A stretch of DNA of 32,000 nucleotides from Delftia acidovorans NBRC 14950 (GCF_001598795.1 NZ_BCZP01000022.1:30001-62000); one strand, 5' to 3'; positions 22,037-31,182 are shown, counted from the stretch's first letter. Notes: generated from the sequence alone by a model not told the origin. Numbers and translations are program-made.

Positions 22037-22780
22037 TCAGTGCATCCAGCGCTGGTGCAGCCAGCGCGCCGCATGGTCCAGCGCATAGCCCAGGGCGCCG
22101 ATCAGCACAACGGCGGCCATCAGCTCCGAATACGCCAGGCGGTCGCGCGTGTCGAGGATGAAGTAGCCCAGGCCGGCCGATACGCCCAGCATTTCTGCGG
22201 GCACCAGCACGATCCAGATGATGCCGATGGCCAGGCGCACGCCCGTGAGGATCTGGGCCGTGATGCCGGGCAGCACCACGCGCAGCACGGTCTCGGTGCG
22301 CGTGGCCGACAGGCTGCGCGCCAGCAGCAGCCAGTTGCGGTCCAGCTGGGCCACGCCGGCCGCCGTGCTCAGCAAGATGGGCCAGACGGCGGCGAAGGCC
22401 AGCAGGAAGTACACGGGCGCGTCGCCCACGCCCAGCACCATCACGGCAATGGGCATCCACGACAGCGGCGAGATCATGCGTAGGAACTGGAACACGGGCG
22501 AGAACGCCTGCGAGAACCCGCGCGACAGGCCCACCAGCACGCCCAGCGGCACGCCGACCACGAAGGCCAGCAGCAGGCCCACGGCCACGCGCTGCAGGCT
22601 CAGCAGGGTGTGCATCCAGATGTCGGCGCCCGTCAGCAGCTGGCCCAGCGCCTGCAGGGAAGGCCAGGGCGCAAAGGCCGCAGCCACGGGCGTGCTGCGC
22701 GCCAGCAGCGCGCCGCCCACCCACCACAGGGCCAGGACCAGGGCCGCGCCCAGCAGCGGCAATCCAATACGTCGCAACAC
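22037..22780 (-). CDS. ABC transporter permease, NitT/TauT (nitrate/sulfonate/taurine/bicarbonate) family
   Basis: BPD_transp_1 pattern ..LLLARSLSATRTETVLRVVLPGITAQILTGVRLAIGIIWIVLVPAEML... The start is assigned to the in-frame GTG at 22780, 6 nt after the stop of the binding-protein gene. The upstream part of the 396-aa ORF overlaps that gene. Confidence 0.85.
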   Translation of the reverse strand: MLRRIGLPLLGAALVLALWWVGGALLARSTPVAAAFAPWPSLQALGQLLTGADIWMHTLLSLQRVAVGLLLAFVVGVPLGVLVGLSRGFSQAFSPVFQFLRMISPLSWMPIAVMVLGVGDAPVYFLLAFAAVWPILLSTAAGVAQLDRNWLLLARSLSATRTETVLRVVLPGITAQILTGVRLAIGIIWIVLVPAEMLGVSAGLGYFILDTRDRLAYSELMAAVVLIGALGYALDHAARWLHQRWMH

Positions 22781-22785
22781 CTGGC

Positions 22786-24027
22786 TCAGACCACGATGGT
22801 TTCGCGGCGCGAGAAATCGGCCGGAATGCCGAAGACCTGCGGGCCGCCTACGGCCTGGATGGCCTTGCGCACGAAGCGGTCGTCCACCAGGTCGGTGGCC
22901 GCAAACCTGGGCTCCAGCTTGTCGAGGAAGCGCGTGTCGCCCTCGACCTTGGTGGCCTTGATGGCGCGCACCAGCTGCTCGGTGTACGAGGGATAGGGAT
23001 AGGGCTGGAAGTCGATGCGCCGCTGGTGCCAGCCCTTGTTGACGACCACGCCGCTGGCCTCGTAGCTGGCGTAGTCGGTGGCGGCCAGCACCTTGGACAG
23101 CGTCTGCTGCGGATGGGGCGTGTAGCGGCGCTCGCCGGTGCTCGACAGCAGGCGCGCGGCGGCCAGGCGGTTGTCGCGCGTCCACAGCTGGGCCTTGACC
23201 ACGGCATTGGTCACGCGCTGGGCCCATTCGGGCTTGTCGGCGATATCGCGCTCGGCCAGGAAGGTGACGCAGCAGGCGTGGTCCTTCCAGACATCGCCCG
23301 AGAAGCGCAGCATCTTGCCCACGCCCGCGATCTCGGCGGCGGCGTTGAAGGGCTCGGCCACGATGAAGCCCGCAATCGACTTGCCGGCCAGTGCCGAGAC
23401 CATTTCAGCCGGTGCCAGCACGACGAGGTTGACCTCGTTGGCCGCAATGGCGCCGCCGCGCGCGCGGGTCACGGCCGTGAGGCCGGCCTTGCGCAGCACG
23501 TCCTGCAGCAGGATGTTGTGGATGGAGTACCAGAACGGGATCGCCACGGTCTTGCCGCCCAGGTCCTGCACCTTCTGGATCTCGGGCAGCACGGTCAGGC
23601 CCGAGCCGTTGACGTGGTTCCAGGCCACGATCTTGGCGGGGAACTTGGCGCCGTAGCGCACCCACAGCGTGGAGGGCGTGAGCAGGTGGATGACGTTGAC
23701 CTGGCCCGAGACGAAGGCCTCGACGATCTGGGCCCAGGAGCGGAACAGGCGCGGCGCCTCGGCCTTGAGGCCTTCGGCCTCGAACAGGCCGTTGCCGTGG
23801 GCCACCAGCAGCGGCGTGGCGTCGGTGATGGGCAGGTAGCCGATCTTCACGGGCTGGTCATCGCCCTTGAAGGCCTGGGCGCGCGCATCGCCTGCGGCCA
23901 GCAGCGGCGCGGCCACCGAGGCCGTGGCCAATGCGCCCAGGCGCAGCATGTCGCGCCGCGTGAGGCCGCAGCCGCAGTCCGACGAGGCGCAGATGTGGGT
24001 GTAGGAAGGGTGGTCCTGGAAGCTCAT
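22786..24027 (-). CDS. ABC transporter periplasmic substrate-binding protein, NrtA/SsuA/CmpA-like, with Tat signal
   Basis: Twin-arginine signal ..CGCGLTRRDMLRLGALATASVAAPLLAAGDARA. Then ..VKIGYLPITDATPLLVAHGNGLFEAEGL......F.SWAQIVEAF.SGQV...H.L... is typical of NrtA-like binding proteins of about 410 aa. Confidence 0.85.
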   Translation of the reverse strand: MSFQDHPSYTHICASSDCGCGLTRRDMLRLGALATASVAAPLLAAGDARAQAFKGDDQPVKIGYLPITDATPLLVAHGNGLFEAEGLKAEAPRLFRSWAQIVEAFVSGQVNVIHLLTPSTLWVRYGAKFPAKIVAWNHVNGSGLTVLPEIQKVQDLGGKTVAIPFWYSIHNILLQDVLRKAGLTAVTRARGGAIAANEVNLVVLAPAEMVSALAGKSIAGFIVAEPFNAAAEIAGVGKMLRFSGDVWKDHACCVTFLAERDIADKPEWAQRVTNAVVKAQLWTRDNRLAAARLLSSTGERRYTPHPQQTLSKVLAATDYASYEASGVVVNKGWHQRRIDFQPYPYPSYTEQLVRAIKATKVEGDTRFLDKLEPRFAATDLVDDRFVRKAIQAVGGPQVFGIPADFSRRETIVV

Positions 24028-24120
24028 GCGAAAGACCTTTCAGAAGAGCATGGTTGAAGTCGAAGAAATGGCGGATCTGCAAGCGGATGGGCAGGCGGGC
24101 AGGCAGGCAGGCGAGGGAGA

Positions 24121-24936
24121 TCAGGCCTGGGCCGCATGGCGCACGCCGTGCAGGGCCGAGAGGATGTCCAGCCGCAGCGCGGTCACGGCAGCGGCCTGGT
24201 CCTCGCGCGGGCGCGCTATGTCCACGCGCCATTCGCGCACGATGTGGCCGGGCCGCCCGCCCATCAGCAGGATGCGGTCGCCCACAAGGATGGCCTCGTC
24301 GATGTCATGCGTGACCAGCAGCGCGGCCGTGTGCCAGCGGTGGACCACGTCCACCATCAGCTCCTGCATCTCGGCGCGCGTGATGGCGTCCAGGGCCGAG
24401 AACGGCTCGTCAGCCAGCAGCAGCTGCGGCTCGCGGGCCAGGGCACGCGCCAGGGCCACGCGCTGGGCCATGCCGCCCGACAGCTGCGAGGGGTAGAGCG
24501 CGCCGCTGCCGCCCAGGCCCACGGCCTGCAGCGCCTGCTCCACGCGCTGGCGGCGGGCCTCGGCCTCCAGCTTCGGCTGGCGCTCAAAGTCCAGGCCGAA
24601 GCCCACGTTGCGCCGCGCGTCCAGCCAGGGCAGCAGGCTGGGCTGCTGGAACACGAAGCCCGCGCGCGGGTGCGGCGCGGTCAGCGGCTGGCCGAGGAAC
24701 TGGAGCTCGCCCCGGCTCCAGGCGCCGCCGTCCGGCGATTCGAGGCCGCCGAGCACGCGCAGCAGCGAGGACTTGCCGCAGCCGCTGCCGCCGAGCAGGC
24801 AGACGATCTCGCGCGGGGCAATGCTCAGGGAGATGTCCTCGAACACGGCCTTGCCGGGCGCATAGCCAAAGCCCGCGCCGCGTGCCTGCAGCACGGGCGC
24901 GGGAGCGTCAGGGGAGAAAGCTTCCGTCTGGGTCAT
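24121..24936 (-). CDS. ABC transporter ATP-binding protein, NitT/TauT family
   Basis: Walker A GGSGCGKSSLL, Q-loop FVFQQPSLLPW, signature LSGGMAQRVALARAL, Walker B LLLADEPFSALD, H-loop VTHDIDEA. The ATG at 24936 overlaps the TGA of the upstream gene (ATGA). Confidence 0.9.
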   Translation of the reverse strand: MTQTEAFSPDAPAPVLQARGAGFGYAPGKAVFEDISLSIAPREIVCLLGGSGCGKSSLLRVLGGLESPDGGAWSRGELQFLGQPLTAPHPRAGFVFQQPSLLPWLDARRNVGFGLDFERQPKLEAEARRQRVEQALQAVGLGGSGALYPSQLSGGMAQRVALARALAREPQLLLADEPFSALDAITRAEMQELMVDVVHRWHTAALLVTHDIDEAILVGDRILLMGGRPGHIVREWRVDIARPREDQAAAVTALRLDILSALHGVRHAAQA

Positions 24937-26039
24937 GAACTGGTGGTTGCCAGGGCCGCGCCAGCCAGCGCGCCCTGTAGCTGCGTGACGCTGGGCGTCA
25001 CGATGGGGATGAAGGCCGCCTCGCGCCAACGGCGCGCAAATCCCAGCGGCTGGTCGCGATGATAAGCGCGCCCGCCGCTGGCGTGCAGTTCCAGCTGCAG
25101 GGACTGCTGCACGATGTCGTTCAATTCCAGGCGCAGGCGGAACAGGGCTTGAGGTCGGTCAAGAAAACGCCCGTCGGACAGACCGGCATGCAGCGTGGCC
25201 GTGGCCAGTTCCAGCGCGTGGCGCTGCTGCTGCAGCGGGCCGCCCAGCACATCGCGCCCGGCGCCGGCACGGGCCGAGGCCGCCGCCAGCGAGGCGCGCG
25301 CCAGCCCGATGCACAGCCCCAGCTGCAGGCCCATGAAGGCGGGCCGCACGCGCGGCAGGAAATGGTTGGCGTCGGCATGGATCACATCGGCCGGACCGAT
25401 CTGCAGCCCCTCGATGGACAGCGCCGCCGTATGGCTGCCGCGCAGCGCGATCAGGTCCAGGTCGGCGCTGCGCTGCAGGCCCGCCGCATCGCCGGGCAGC
25501 GCGGCCACGAAGGGCTTTGCACCGTCGCTGCGCGAGGCGGCAACGGCCACCACGAAGCGACCCGGCGGCACCAGGTTGGTGGCCCAGGGCACGCGCCCGC
25601 GCAGTTCAAGGTCGTCGGCGTTGCCGGAGCCGGCGTGCCCTGCAGCACCGACGGGAGCGGCCTCGACCTGCAGGGCCTCGATGCCGCCCAGGTACTTCAT
25701 GGCGTTGGACAGGCCCGTGGCGCCCGCCTGCGTGCCCTGCAGCAGGCCCGGCAGCCAGCGCTGGCGCAGCGCCGCGTTGGGCGACTGCAGCAGGTATTCG
25801 ACAAAGGCGCGCTGCGCCCAGAACACGAAGCCCGCCGTCAGCGAATGCCCGGCCACGCCGGCAATGGCCTCCAGCGCATCGCCCAGGCTGCCGCCCTGCC
25901 CGCCCTCGGCCACGGGCACGCCCAGGCCGAACAGGCCGTGCTGCGCCAGCCGGGGCAGCACTTCGTGCGCATGCGCGGGGCCTTCGTCCAGGGAGTCGGC
26001 ATGGGCGTCCAGCCACTGCCGCAGCGAATCAGCCAGCAT
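24933..26039 (-). CDS. Acyl-CoA dehydrogenase-like flavoprotein family protein
   Basis: Size (368 aa) and three-part pattern fit the ACAD fold: ..LAQHGLFGLGVPVAEGGQGGSL..., then a middle beta-domain ..L.LRGRVPWATN.., then a C-terminal helical domain ..HASGGRAYHRDQPLGFARRWREAAFIPIVTPS... AGGAGA SD before the ATG at 26039. The substrate cannot be inferred. Confidence 0.7.
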   Translation of the reverse strand: MLADSLRQWLDAHADSLDEGPAHAHEVLPRLAQHGLFGLGVPVAEGGQGGSLGDALEAIAGVAGHSLTAGFVFWAQRAFVEYLLQSPNAALRQRWLPGLLQGTQAGATGLSNAMKYLGGIEALQVEAAPVGAAGHAGSGNADDLELRGRVPWATNLVPPGRFVVAVAASRSDGAKPFVAALPGDAAGLQRSADLDLIALRGSHTAALSIEGLQIGPADVIHADANHFLPRVRPAFMGLQLGLCIGLARASLAAASARAGAGRDVLGGPLQQQRHALELATATLHAGLSDGRFLDRPQALFRLRLELNDIVQQSLQLELHASGGRAYHRDQPLGFARRWREAAFIPIVTPSVTQLQGALAGAALATTSS

Positions 26040-26613
26040 GTGCGTTCTCCTGCGGTTGTCGGAACTGTTCGGGCAGATAGGGCTGCAGCTGCGGGTTGAC
26101 GGGGCTTTGCGCCAGGCTGTTGGCAAAGTTGCACAGCGTGGCCAGGCTGATGCCCAGCACCACCTCCAGCGCCTGCTGCTCGCTCAGGCCTGCTGCATGG
26201 AAGACAGCCAGGGCCTCGTCGGCGACGGCGCCGCGCGTGGCGATCACGGCTTCGGCAAAGCGGCGCACGGCGTCCAGGCGCGGCTGGCCCGTGTCGCGGC
26301 CGTCCTGCAGCGCCACCACCTCGGCCTGGGTCAGGCCGGCCTGCTTGAAGGCCAGCTTGGTGTGGCCGGCCACGCAGAAGTCGCAGCCATGGATGCGCGC
26401 CGCCGTGATCTGCACCACCTCGCGCTCGGCCAGCGTGAGCTGGGCGCGCGCGTTGATCTGGCCCACGGTCACATAGGTCTCCAGCGCCTGGGGCGAGTTG
26501 GCCAGGATGGCGATCAGGTTGGGCAGGAATCCGTTGCCGGCCAGGGCGCGCTCCACGAAGGGGCGGCTGGCTTCAGGAGCGGTTTGCGGGGTGTGCAGGG
26601 TCAGGCGTGCCAT
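26029..26613 (-). CDS. Carboxymuconolactone decarboxylase (CMD) / AhpD-like family protein
   Basis: ..LTLAEREVVQITAARIHGCDFCVAGHTKLA.. is the AhpD-like C-x-x-C-x-x-H core within a CMD-type helical protein of 194 aa. It overlaps the next gene by 11 nt. Confidence 0.85.
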   Translation of the reverse strand: MARLTLHTPQTAPEASRPFVERALAGNGFLPNLIAILANSPQALETYVTVGQINARAQLTLAEREVVQITAARIHGCDFCVAGHTKLAFKQAGLTQAEVVALQDGRDTGQPRLDAVRRFAEAVIATRGAVADEALAVFHAAGLSEQQALEVVLGISLATLCNFANSLAQSPVNPQLQPYLPEQFRQPQENAHAG

Positions 26614-26743
26614 GGTGCTTTGCAGGAATGAAGGAATGCCTTCATGATCGGCCGCGCCCCTCTTGCCATCAATGCCGCCGCGTCGCGGATTTATGCCCGA
26701 ACGTGTCAACCCGCAGGCAGATGCAGCGGGCTCGGATGGCGGC

Positions 26744-27685
26744 TCAGCAGCAGCGTGCCTGCGCGCGCTGCCAGGCGCCGGGCTGCTCGCCCATCACGCG
26801 CTTGAAGGCGCGCGAGAAGGCCGCATAGGACTCGTAGCCCACGGCCTCGGCCACCTGCCCTATCGCCTCGCCCTGGGCCAGCCGGCGTGCCGCCAGCTGC
26901 ATGCGCAGCAGCAGCAGGAATTGCTGGGGCGGCTGGCCGCAGGCCTCGGCGAACTGCCGAAAGAACGTGGCGCGCGACAGGCACACGCGCGCGGCCATGT
27001 CGGCCACGCTCCAGTTGTGGGCCGGCTCGCGCAGCAGCTCGGCCACCAGCGGCGCAAAGCCCGGCCGGCGCAGCAGGCTCCAGATGCCGCGCGCCCGCGC
27101 ATCGCCATGCGCCAGCTGGCGCAGGCCGTAGAAGAACAGCAGGCCCACCAGCCGGTCCATCACGGCCGAGGGCTCGGTGCCCGTGCGCAGCGCCTCGGCG
27201 CGCATCAGGTCGAACAGCATGGAGGCACCGCTCATCGCATGGTCGTCGCCGCGCAGCACCAGGTGGTCGGGGAAGGCATCGACCAGCAGGCCGCGCATGG
27301 GCCCCTCGAAGGTGAAGAAGCCGCAGGCCAGCGCCGTCTCTCCTATGCCGGCATCGCCGGTGGCGGGACGCATGGCCTGCGGGGCGCAGGCCATGTCCGG
27401 GTCGGCATAGGGCGAGATGAAATGCGGCACGTCGCGCGAGAGGAACACGCCATCGCGCGGCTGCAGCTCCACCGAGGGCTGGCCCGGCAGGTGCAGCCAG
27501 CAGCGCCCGTCCAGGATCAGGTGAAAGCTGGCCCGCGCGCGCCCCGCCGTGGAGGCCCGCCAGCGCCCGCAGTACTGCCCCACGTGGAACACGCTGGCGC
27601 GCCATTGCAGGCCGTTGAGCAGGCCGTCGATGACGCGATCGACCTGCGCTTCGGCCGCGCTGTCGGGGACTGGGTCGGGTAGCAC
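26744..27685 (-). CDS. AraC family transcriptional regulator with N-terminal cupin (Cupin_6-type) sensor domain
   Basis: The C-terminal double HTH is ..WSVADMAARVCLSRATFFRQFAEACGQPPQQFLLLLRMQLAARRL...IGQVAEAVGYESYAAFSRAFKRVMG.PG... The N-terminal cupin pattern is ..FHVGQYCGRWRAS......FHLILDGRCWL... The start is uncertain. The GTG at 27685 is preferred because the region up to the ATG at 27802 is AT-richer and looks non-coding. Confidence 0.75.
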   Translation of the reverse strand: MLPDPVPDSAAEAQVDRVIDGLLNGLQWRASVFHVGQYCGRWRASTAGRARASFHLILDGRCWLHLPGQPSVELQPRDGVFLSRDVPHFISPYADPDMACAPQAMRPATGDAGIGETALACGFFTFEGPMRGLLVDAFPDHLVLRGDDHAMSGASMLFDLMRAEALRTGTEPSAVMDRLVGLLFFYGLRQLAHGDARARGIWSLLRRPGFAPLVAELLREPAHNWSVADMAARVCLSRATFFRQFAEACGQPPQQFLLLLRMQLAARRLAQGEAIGQVAEAVGYESYAAFSRAFKRVMGEQPGAWQRAQARCC

Positions 27686-27839
27686 GGTGGTACAGGCAAG
27701 GCAGTGGAGGGAATGCGGCCGGCCAGTATCGCCACGATGCAGGCGCGGGGGAACGAATCTTTGGGCATATGCTTGTGCCGCAATCGATATCTGGATCTGC
27801 ATCCAAGTCCGCCCGGCCCGACCTTGGTCCGGTCGTGCC

Positions 27840-28625
27840 TCAGCGCTGGAAGCCCGAAGGCGGCACCCCGAAATGCCTTTTGAACATGGCCGTGAACGCG
27901 CTCTGGCTGGCGTAGCCGCAATCGAGGGCGATGTCGATGATGCGCTCGCCCGCCGCAATGCGGCCCAGCGCGAACATCAGCCGCGCCTGCTCGCGCCACT
28001 GGGCGAAGGGCATGCCGGTTTCCTTCACGAACAGGCGCTGCAGCGTCTTGGCGCTCACGCCCAGGCGCTGCGCCCAGTGTTCGGCGGTGGCGGTGTCGGC
28101 AGGCTCGCGCATCAGGGCCTCGCAGACCTGGCACAGCCGCGCATCGGTGGACAGGGGCAGGTGCAGGGGCAGCACCTCGGCGGCGCGCAGTTCATCGACC
28201 AGCAGGTGCATCAGGCGCTCGTCGCGGCTGCCTTCGGCATAGTCCAGCGGCACGCCGACGGCGGCCACCACCAGCTCGCGCAGCAGGGGCGACACGTTGA
28301 CCACGCAGGTGCGCGCGGGCAGGTCCGCAAAGGCCGAGGCGTCGATGTAGGCCGTGCGCATCTTCACGTCGCCCGACATGCGCACATCGTGCTCGACGTC
28401 GGCCTCTATCCACAGCCCCCGGTTGGGCGGCACCAGCCAGGAGCCGGAATGCAGCTGCACCGACATCACGCCTTCGATCGCATACAGCAGCTGGCCGCGC
28501 GGGTGGGAGTGCCAGCCCGTGCTGGTGCCATGCGCCCAGTTGGCCTCCATGGCGGCCATGGGGCGCCCGGTCTGGTGGTACTTGAGGTATATGCGCGGCA
28601 GTTCTGCGGCCATGGGGCTTCCCAT
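27840..28625 (-). CDS. AraC family transcriptional regulator with N-terminal AraC-type cupin domain
   Basis: Cupin ..WHSHPRGQLLYAIEGVMSVQLHSGSWLVPPNRGLWI... The C-terminal HTH is ..AEHWAQRLGVSAKTLQRLFVKETGMPFAQWREQARLMFALGRIAAGERIIDIALDCGYASQSAFTAMFKRHFGVPPS... The ATG at 28613 is an alternative start. Confidence 0.85.
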   Translation of the reverse strand: MGSPMAAELPRIYLKYHQTGRPMAAMEANWAHGTSTGWHSHPRGQLLYAIEGVMSVQLHSGSWLVPPNRGLWIEADVEHDVRMSGDVKMRTAYIDASAFADLPARTCVVNVSPLLRELVVAAVGVPLDYAEGSRDERLMHLLVDELRAAEVLPLHLPLSTDARLCQVCEALMREPADTATAEHWAQRLGVSAKTLQRLFVKETGMPFAQWREQARLMFALGRIAAGERIIDIALDCGYASQSAFTAMFKRHFGVPPSGFQR

Positions 28626-28630
28626 CCTGT

Positions 28631-28660
28631 GCGGTTCTATGCGGTTCTATGCGGCTCTCT
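28631..28660. promoter_or_regulatory. Three tandem 10-bp direct repeats in the AraC/MFS divergent intergenic region (operator candidate)
   Basis: gcggttctat gcggttctat gcggctctct, which is 2 perfect copies plus 1 copy with 3 mismatches. It begins 6 nt upstream of the AraC ATG at 28625. AraC-type regulators commonly bind direct repeats. Confidence 0.35.
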
Positions 28661-28794
28661 GTCCCGATCTCGACAATTGAAGTCAGTATAGAGAGAGACA
28701 GACGGACACCAAACGCCTATCTTCGGTCCCACGGCCCATTGACCTTCGTCAACGCCGGACCCTGACCGTGCCGCCCTGCGGGGCCCTTTCCTCC

Positions 28795-30063
28795 ATGACA
28801 AGCAACACCACCACTCTTGGCGCCCCGGGCGAGCTGGGCGCGCCTGCAACGCACGCCCATCCGGCGCCCGCCCATCCAGCACCCGGCCATGCCGCGCAGG
28901 GCTTTTTGCTGCGCATCGTCGGCGCCGCCGCCTTTGCCCACCTGCTCAACGACCTGATCCAGGCCGTGCTGCCGGCCGTCTATCCCATGCTCAAGACGGA
29001 GTTCTCGCTGAGCTTCGCACAGATCGGCTGGATCTCCCTGGTCTACCAGGTCACGGCCTCGCTGCTGCAGCCCTGGATCGGCCTGTACACCGACAAGCAT
29101 CCCAAGCCCTACCTGCTGCCGCTGGGCATGGTGGTGACGCTGGTGGGCGTGGGCCTGCTGGCCCTGTCCACCAGCTACCCCATGCTGCTGGCCGCCGCGT
29201 CGCTGATCGGCGTGGGCTCGTCCACCTTCCACCCAGAGGCCTCGCGCGTGGCGCGGCTGGCCTCGGGCGGGCGCTTCGGCACGGCGCAATCGACCTTCCA
29301 GGTGGGCGGCAACACGGGCTCGGCCATCGGCCCGCTGATGGTGGCGGCCATCGTCATTCCGTTTGGCCAGCACGCGATCGCCTGGTTCATGCTGGTGGCG
29401 TTGCTGGCCATCTGGGTGCTGCTGCGCATCACGCACTGGCGCCTGCACCACGCGCCGGCCAAGGTGGTGGCGGCCGGCCAGCATGCGCTGACGGCGCTGA
29501 ACCGCTCGCAGGTCATCCGCGCGGTGACCGTGATCTGCGTGCTGATGTTCGCCAAGTTCGTCTACATCGCGGCCTTTGCCAACTACTTCACCTTCTATCT
29601 GATCGAGCGCTTTGCCCTGCCCGTGCAGCAGTCGCAGCTGTACCTGTTCGCCTTCCTGGCGGCCGTGGCGGCGGGCACCTTCGCGGGCGGCCCGGTGGGC
29701 GACCGCATAGGGCGCAAGGCCGTGATCTGGGTGTCCTTCCTGGGCGTGGCGCCGTTTGCGCTGCTGCTGCCGCATGCCGACCTGTTCTGGACGGCCGTGC
29801 TGTCCATCGTCATCGGCCTGGTCATGTCCTCGGCCTTTGCGGCGCTGGTGGTCTACGCCCAGGAGGCCGTGCCCGGCCGCGTGGGCCTGGTCTCGGGGCT
29901 GATGTTCGGCCTCATGTTCGGCATTGGCGGCCTGGGGGCTGCCGGCATGGGCAACCTGGCCGACACCCACGGCATCGTCTGGGTGTACAGCCTGGTGGCC
30001 TACCTGCCGCTGCTGGGGCTGGCAACGGCATTTCTGCCGGAAACGCGCGCCCGGCGACGCTGA
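28795..30063 (+). CDS. fsr: MFS transporter, Fsr (fosmidomycin-resistance) family
   Basis: ..FAHLLNDLIQAVLPAVYPMLKTEFSLSFAQIGWISLVYQVTASLLQPWIGLYTDKHPKPYLLPLGM.. closely parallels the conserved N-terminal block of E. coli Fsr (recalled from memory). It has 12-TM-like hydrophobicity. The ATG at 28795 is preferred over the GTG at 28768. Confidence 0.8.
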   Translation: MTSNTTTLGAPGELGAPATHAHPAPAHPAPGHAAQGFLLRIVGAAAFAHLLNDLIQAVLPAVYPMLKTEFSLSFAQIGWISLVYQVTASLLQPWIGLYTDKHPKPYLLPLGMVVTLVGVGLLALSTSYPMLLAAASLIGVGSSTFHPEASRVARLASGGRFGTAQSTFQVGGNTGSAIGPLMVAAIVIPFGQHAIAWFMLVALLAIWVLLRITHWRLHHAPAKVVAAGQHALTALNRSQVIRAVTVICVLMFAKFVYIAAFANYFTFYLIERFALPVQQSQLYLFAFLAAVAAGTFAGGPVGDRIGRKAVIWVSFLGVAPFALLLPHADLFWTAVLSIVIGLVMSSAFAALVVYAQEAVPGRVGLVSGLMFGLMFGIGGLGAAGMGNLADTHGIVWVYSLVAYLPLLGLATAFLPETRARRR

Positions 30064-30072
30064 GGCGCAGCC

Positions 30073-31101
30073 TCAATCCGGCTGTATGCCCGCCTGCCGG
30101 ATCACGGCGGACCAGCGCGCCACCTCCTCGGCGATCTGGGCACGCGCCTCGGCAGGCGTGGTGAAGGTGGGCATGGCGCCCTGGGCAACCAGGGCATCCT
30201 TCACTTCCTGCTGCCCCATCACCTCCTTGAGCGCGCCGCTGAGCCGGGCGACGATGGGAGCGGGTGTGCCCGCAGGCGCCAGCAGGCCGAACATCGACGT
30301 CACCTCAAAGCCCGACAGCCCGGCCTCGGCCGTTGTGGGAATGTCGGCAATGGAGGGCACGCGCTGCGCCGTGGTCACGGCCAGGGCGCGCAGGCGGCCA
30401 CCCTTGATGAAGCCCTGCGTGGCGGGCAGGGTGTCGAACACCACATCCACCTGGCCGCCCATCAGATCGTTGAGCGCCGGCGTGCTGCCCTTGTAGGGCA
30501 CGTGGGTCAGCGGCACGCCCGCCTGCCGCTTGAACAGCTCGGCCGCCAGGTGCTGGGGCGAGCCATTGCCCGAGGAGCCGTAGTTCAGCCCGGCCGGCCT
30601 GGTTTTGGCCAGCGCGATGAGCTCCGCGAGATTGGCCGACTTCACCGACGGGCCCACGGTCACCACCAGCGGCACGCGGCCCACCACGCCAATGGGCGCA
30701 AAGCTCTTGTCCATGGTGAAGCCTGCCGTGGACGCCATGAGCACGCTGTTGATGGAATGGCTGGTCAGCGCGCCCAGCAGCAGCGTATAGCCATCGGGCC
30801 TTTCCTTGGCCACGGCGGCGGCGCCCAGGTTGCCCGCCGCGCCGGCCCGGTTCTCCACCACCACGGGCTGGCCCAGCGCCAGCGAGAGCCTTTGCCCCAC
30901 CACGCGCCCGATCACGTCGGTGGCGCCCCCGGGCGTGTAGGGAACGACCAGCTTGATGGGCCGGGCCGGATAGGCGCCGTCGGCCAGCGCGGGCGTGGCC
31001 AGGCCTGAGCCCAGCGCCAGCGAGGCCAGCAGCGCCGCAGCCAGGGCGGCGCGCCGGTTGGGCGCATGAATGCGACGGATGCGGGATGCAGCAACAACCA
31101 T
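30073..31101 (-). CDS. Bug-family (TctC-like) tripartite tricarboxylate transporter substrate-binding protein
   Basis: Signal peptide ..RRAALAAALLASLALGSGLATPALA. Then YPARPIKLVVPYTPGGATDVIGRVVGQRLSLALGQPVVVENRAGAAGNLGAAAVAKERPDGYTLLL. A strong AGGAGG SD precedes the ATG at 31101. Confidence 0.9.
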   Translation of the reverse strand: MVVAASRIRRIHAPNRRAALAAALLASLALGSGLATPALADGAYPARPIKLVVPYTPGGATDVIGRVVGQRLSLALGQPVVVENRAGAAGNLGAAAVAKERPDGYTLLLGALTSHSINSVLMASTAGFTMDKSFAPIGVVGRVPLVVTVGPSVKSANLAELIALAKTRPAGLNYGSSGNGSPQHLAAELFKRQAGVPLTHVPYKGSTPALNDLMGGQVDVVFDTLPATQGFIKGGRLRALAVTTAQRVPSIADIPTTAEAGLSGFEVTSMFGLLAPAGTPAPIVARLSGALKEVMGQQEVKDALVAQGAMPTFTTPAEARAQIAEEVARWSAVIRQAGIQPD

Positions 31102-31182
31102 GGGTGTCTCCTCCTTTTGTCTTGTGTCGGAAAAACATGCCCGGCACGCACGCCGGGCACGGCTGCATGGTTGGCCAGATAG

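Noticed and set aside
24089-24116. (GGCA)n / GGCAGG microsatellite-like tract in the gap between the ABC ATPase and binding-protein genes, as a possible slipped-strand phase-variation switch
   Set aside because: There are only three perfect tetranucleotide units (24098-24109) plus imperfect flanks. That is too short for appreciable slippage, and the tract is not within a coding region or an obvious promoter spacer.
27686-27958. Upstream extension of the first AraC gene to the ATG at 27802 or the ORF-track start at 27958
   Set aside because: The extension to 27958 overlaps the preceding AraC gene. The stretch 27700-27802 is AT-richer, palindrome-rich (atcgat, gatatc) and encodes no cupin-related sequence, so it is more likely promoter or UTR. 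The start remains uncertain.
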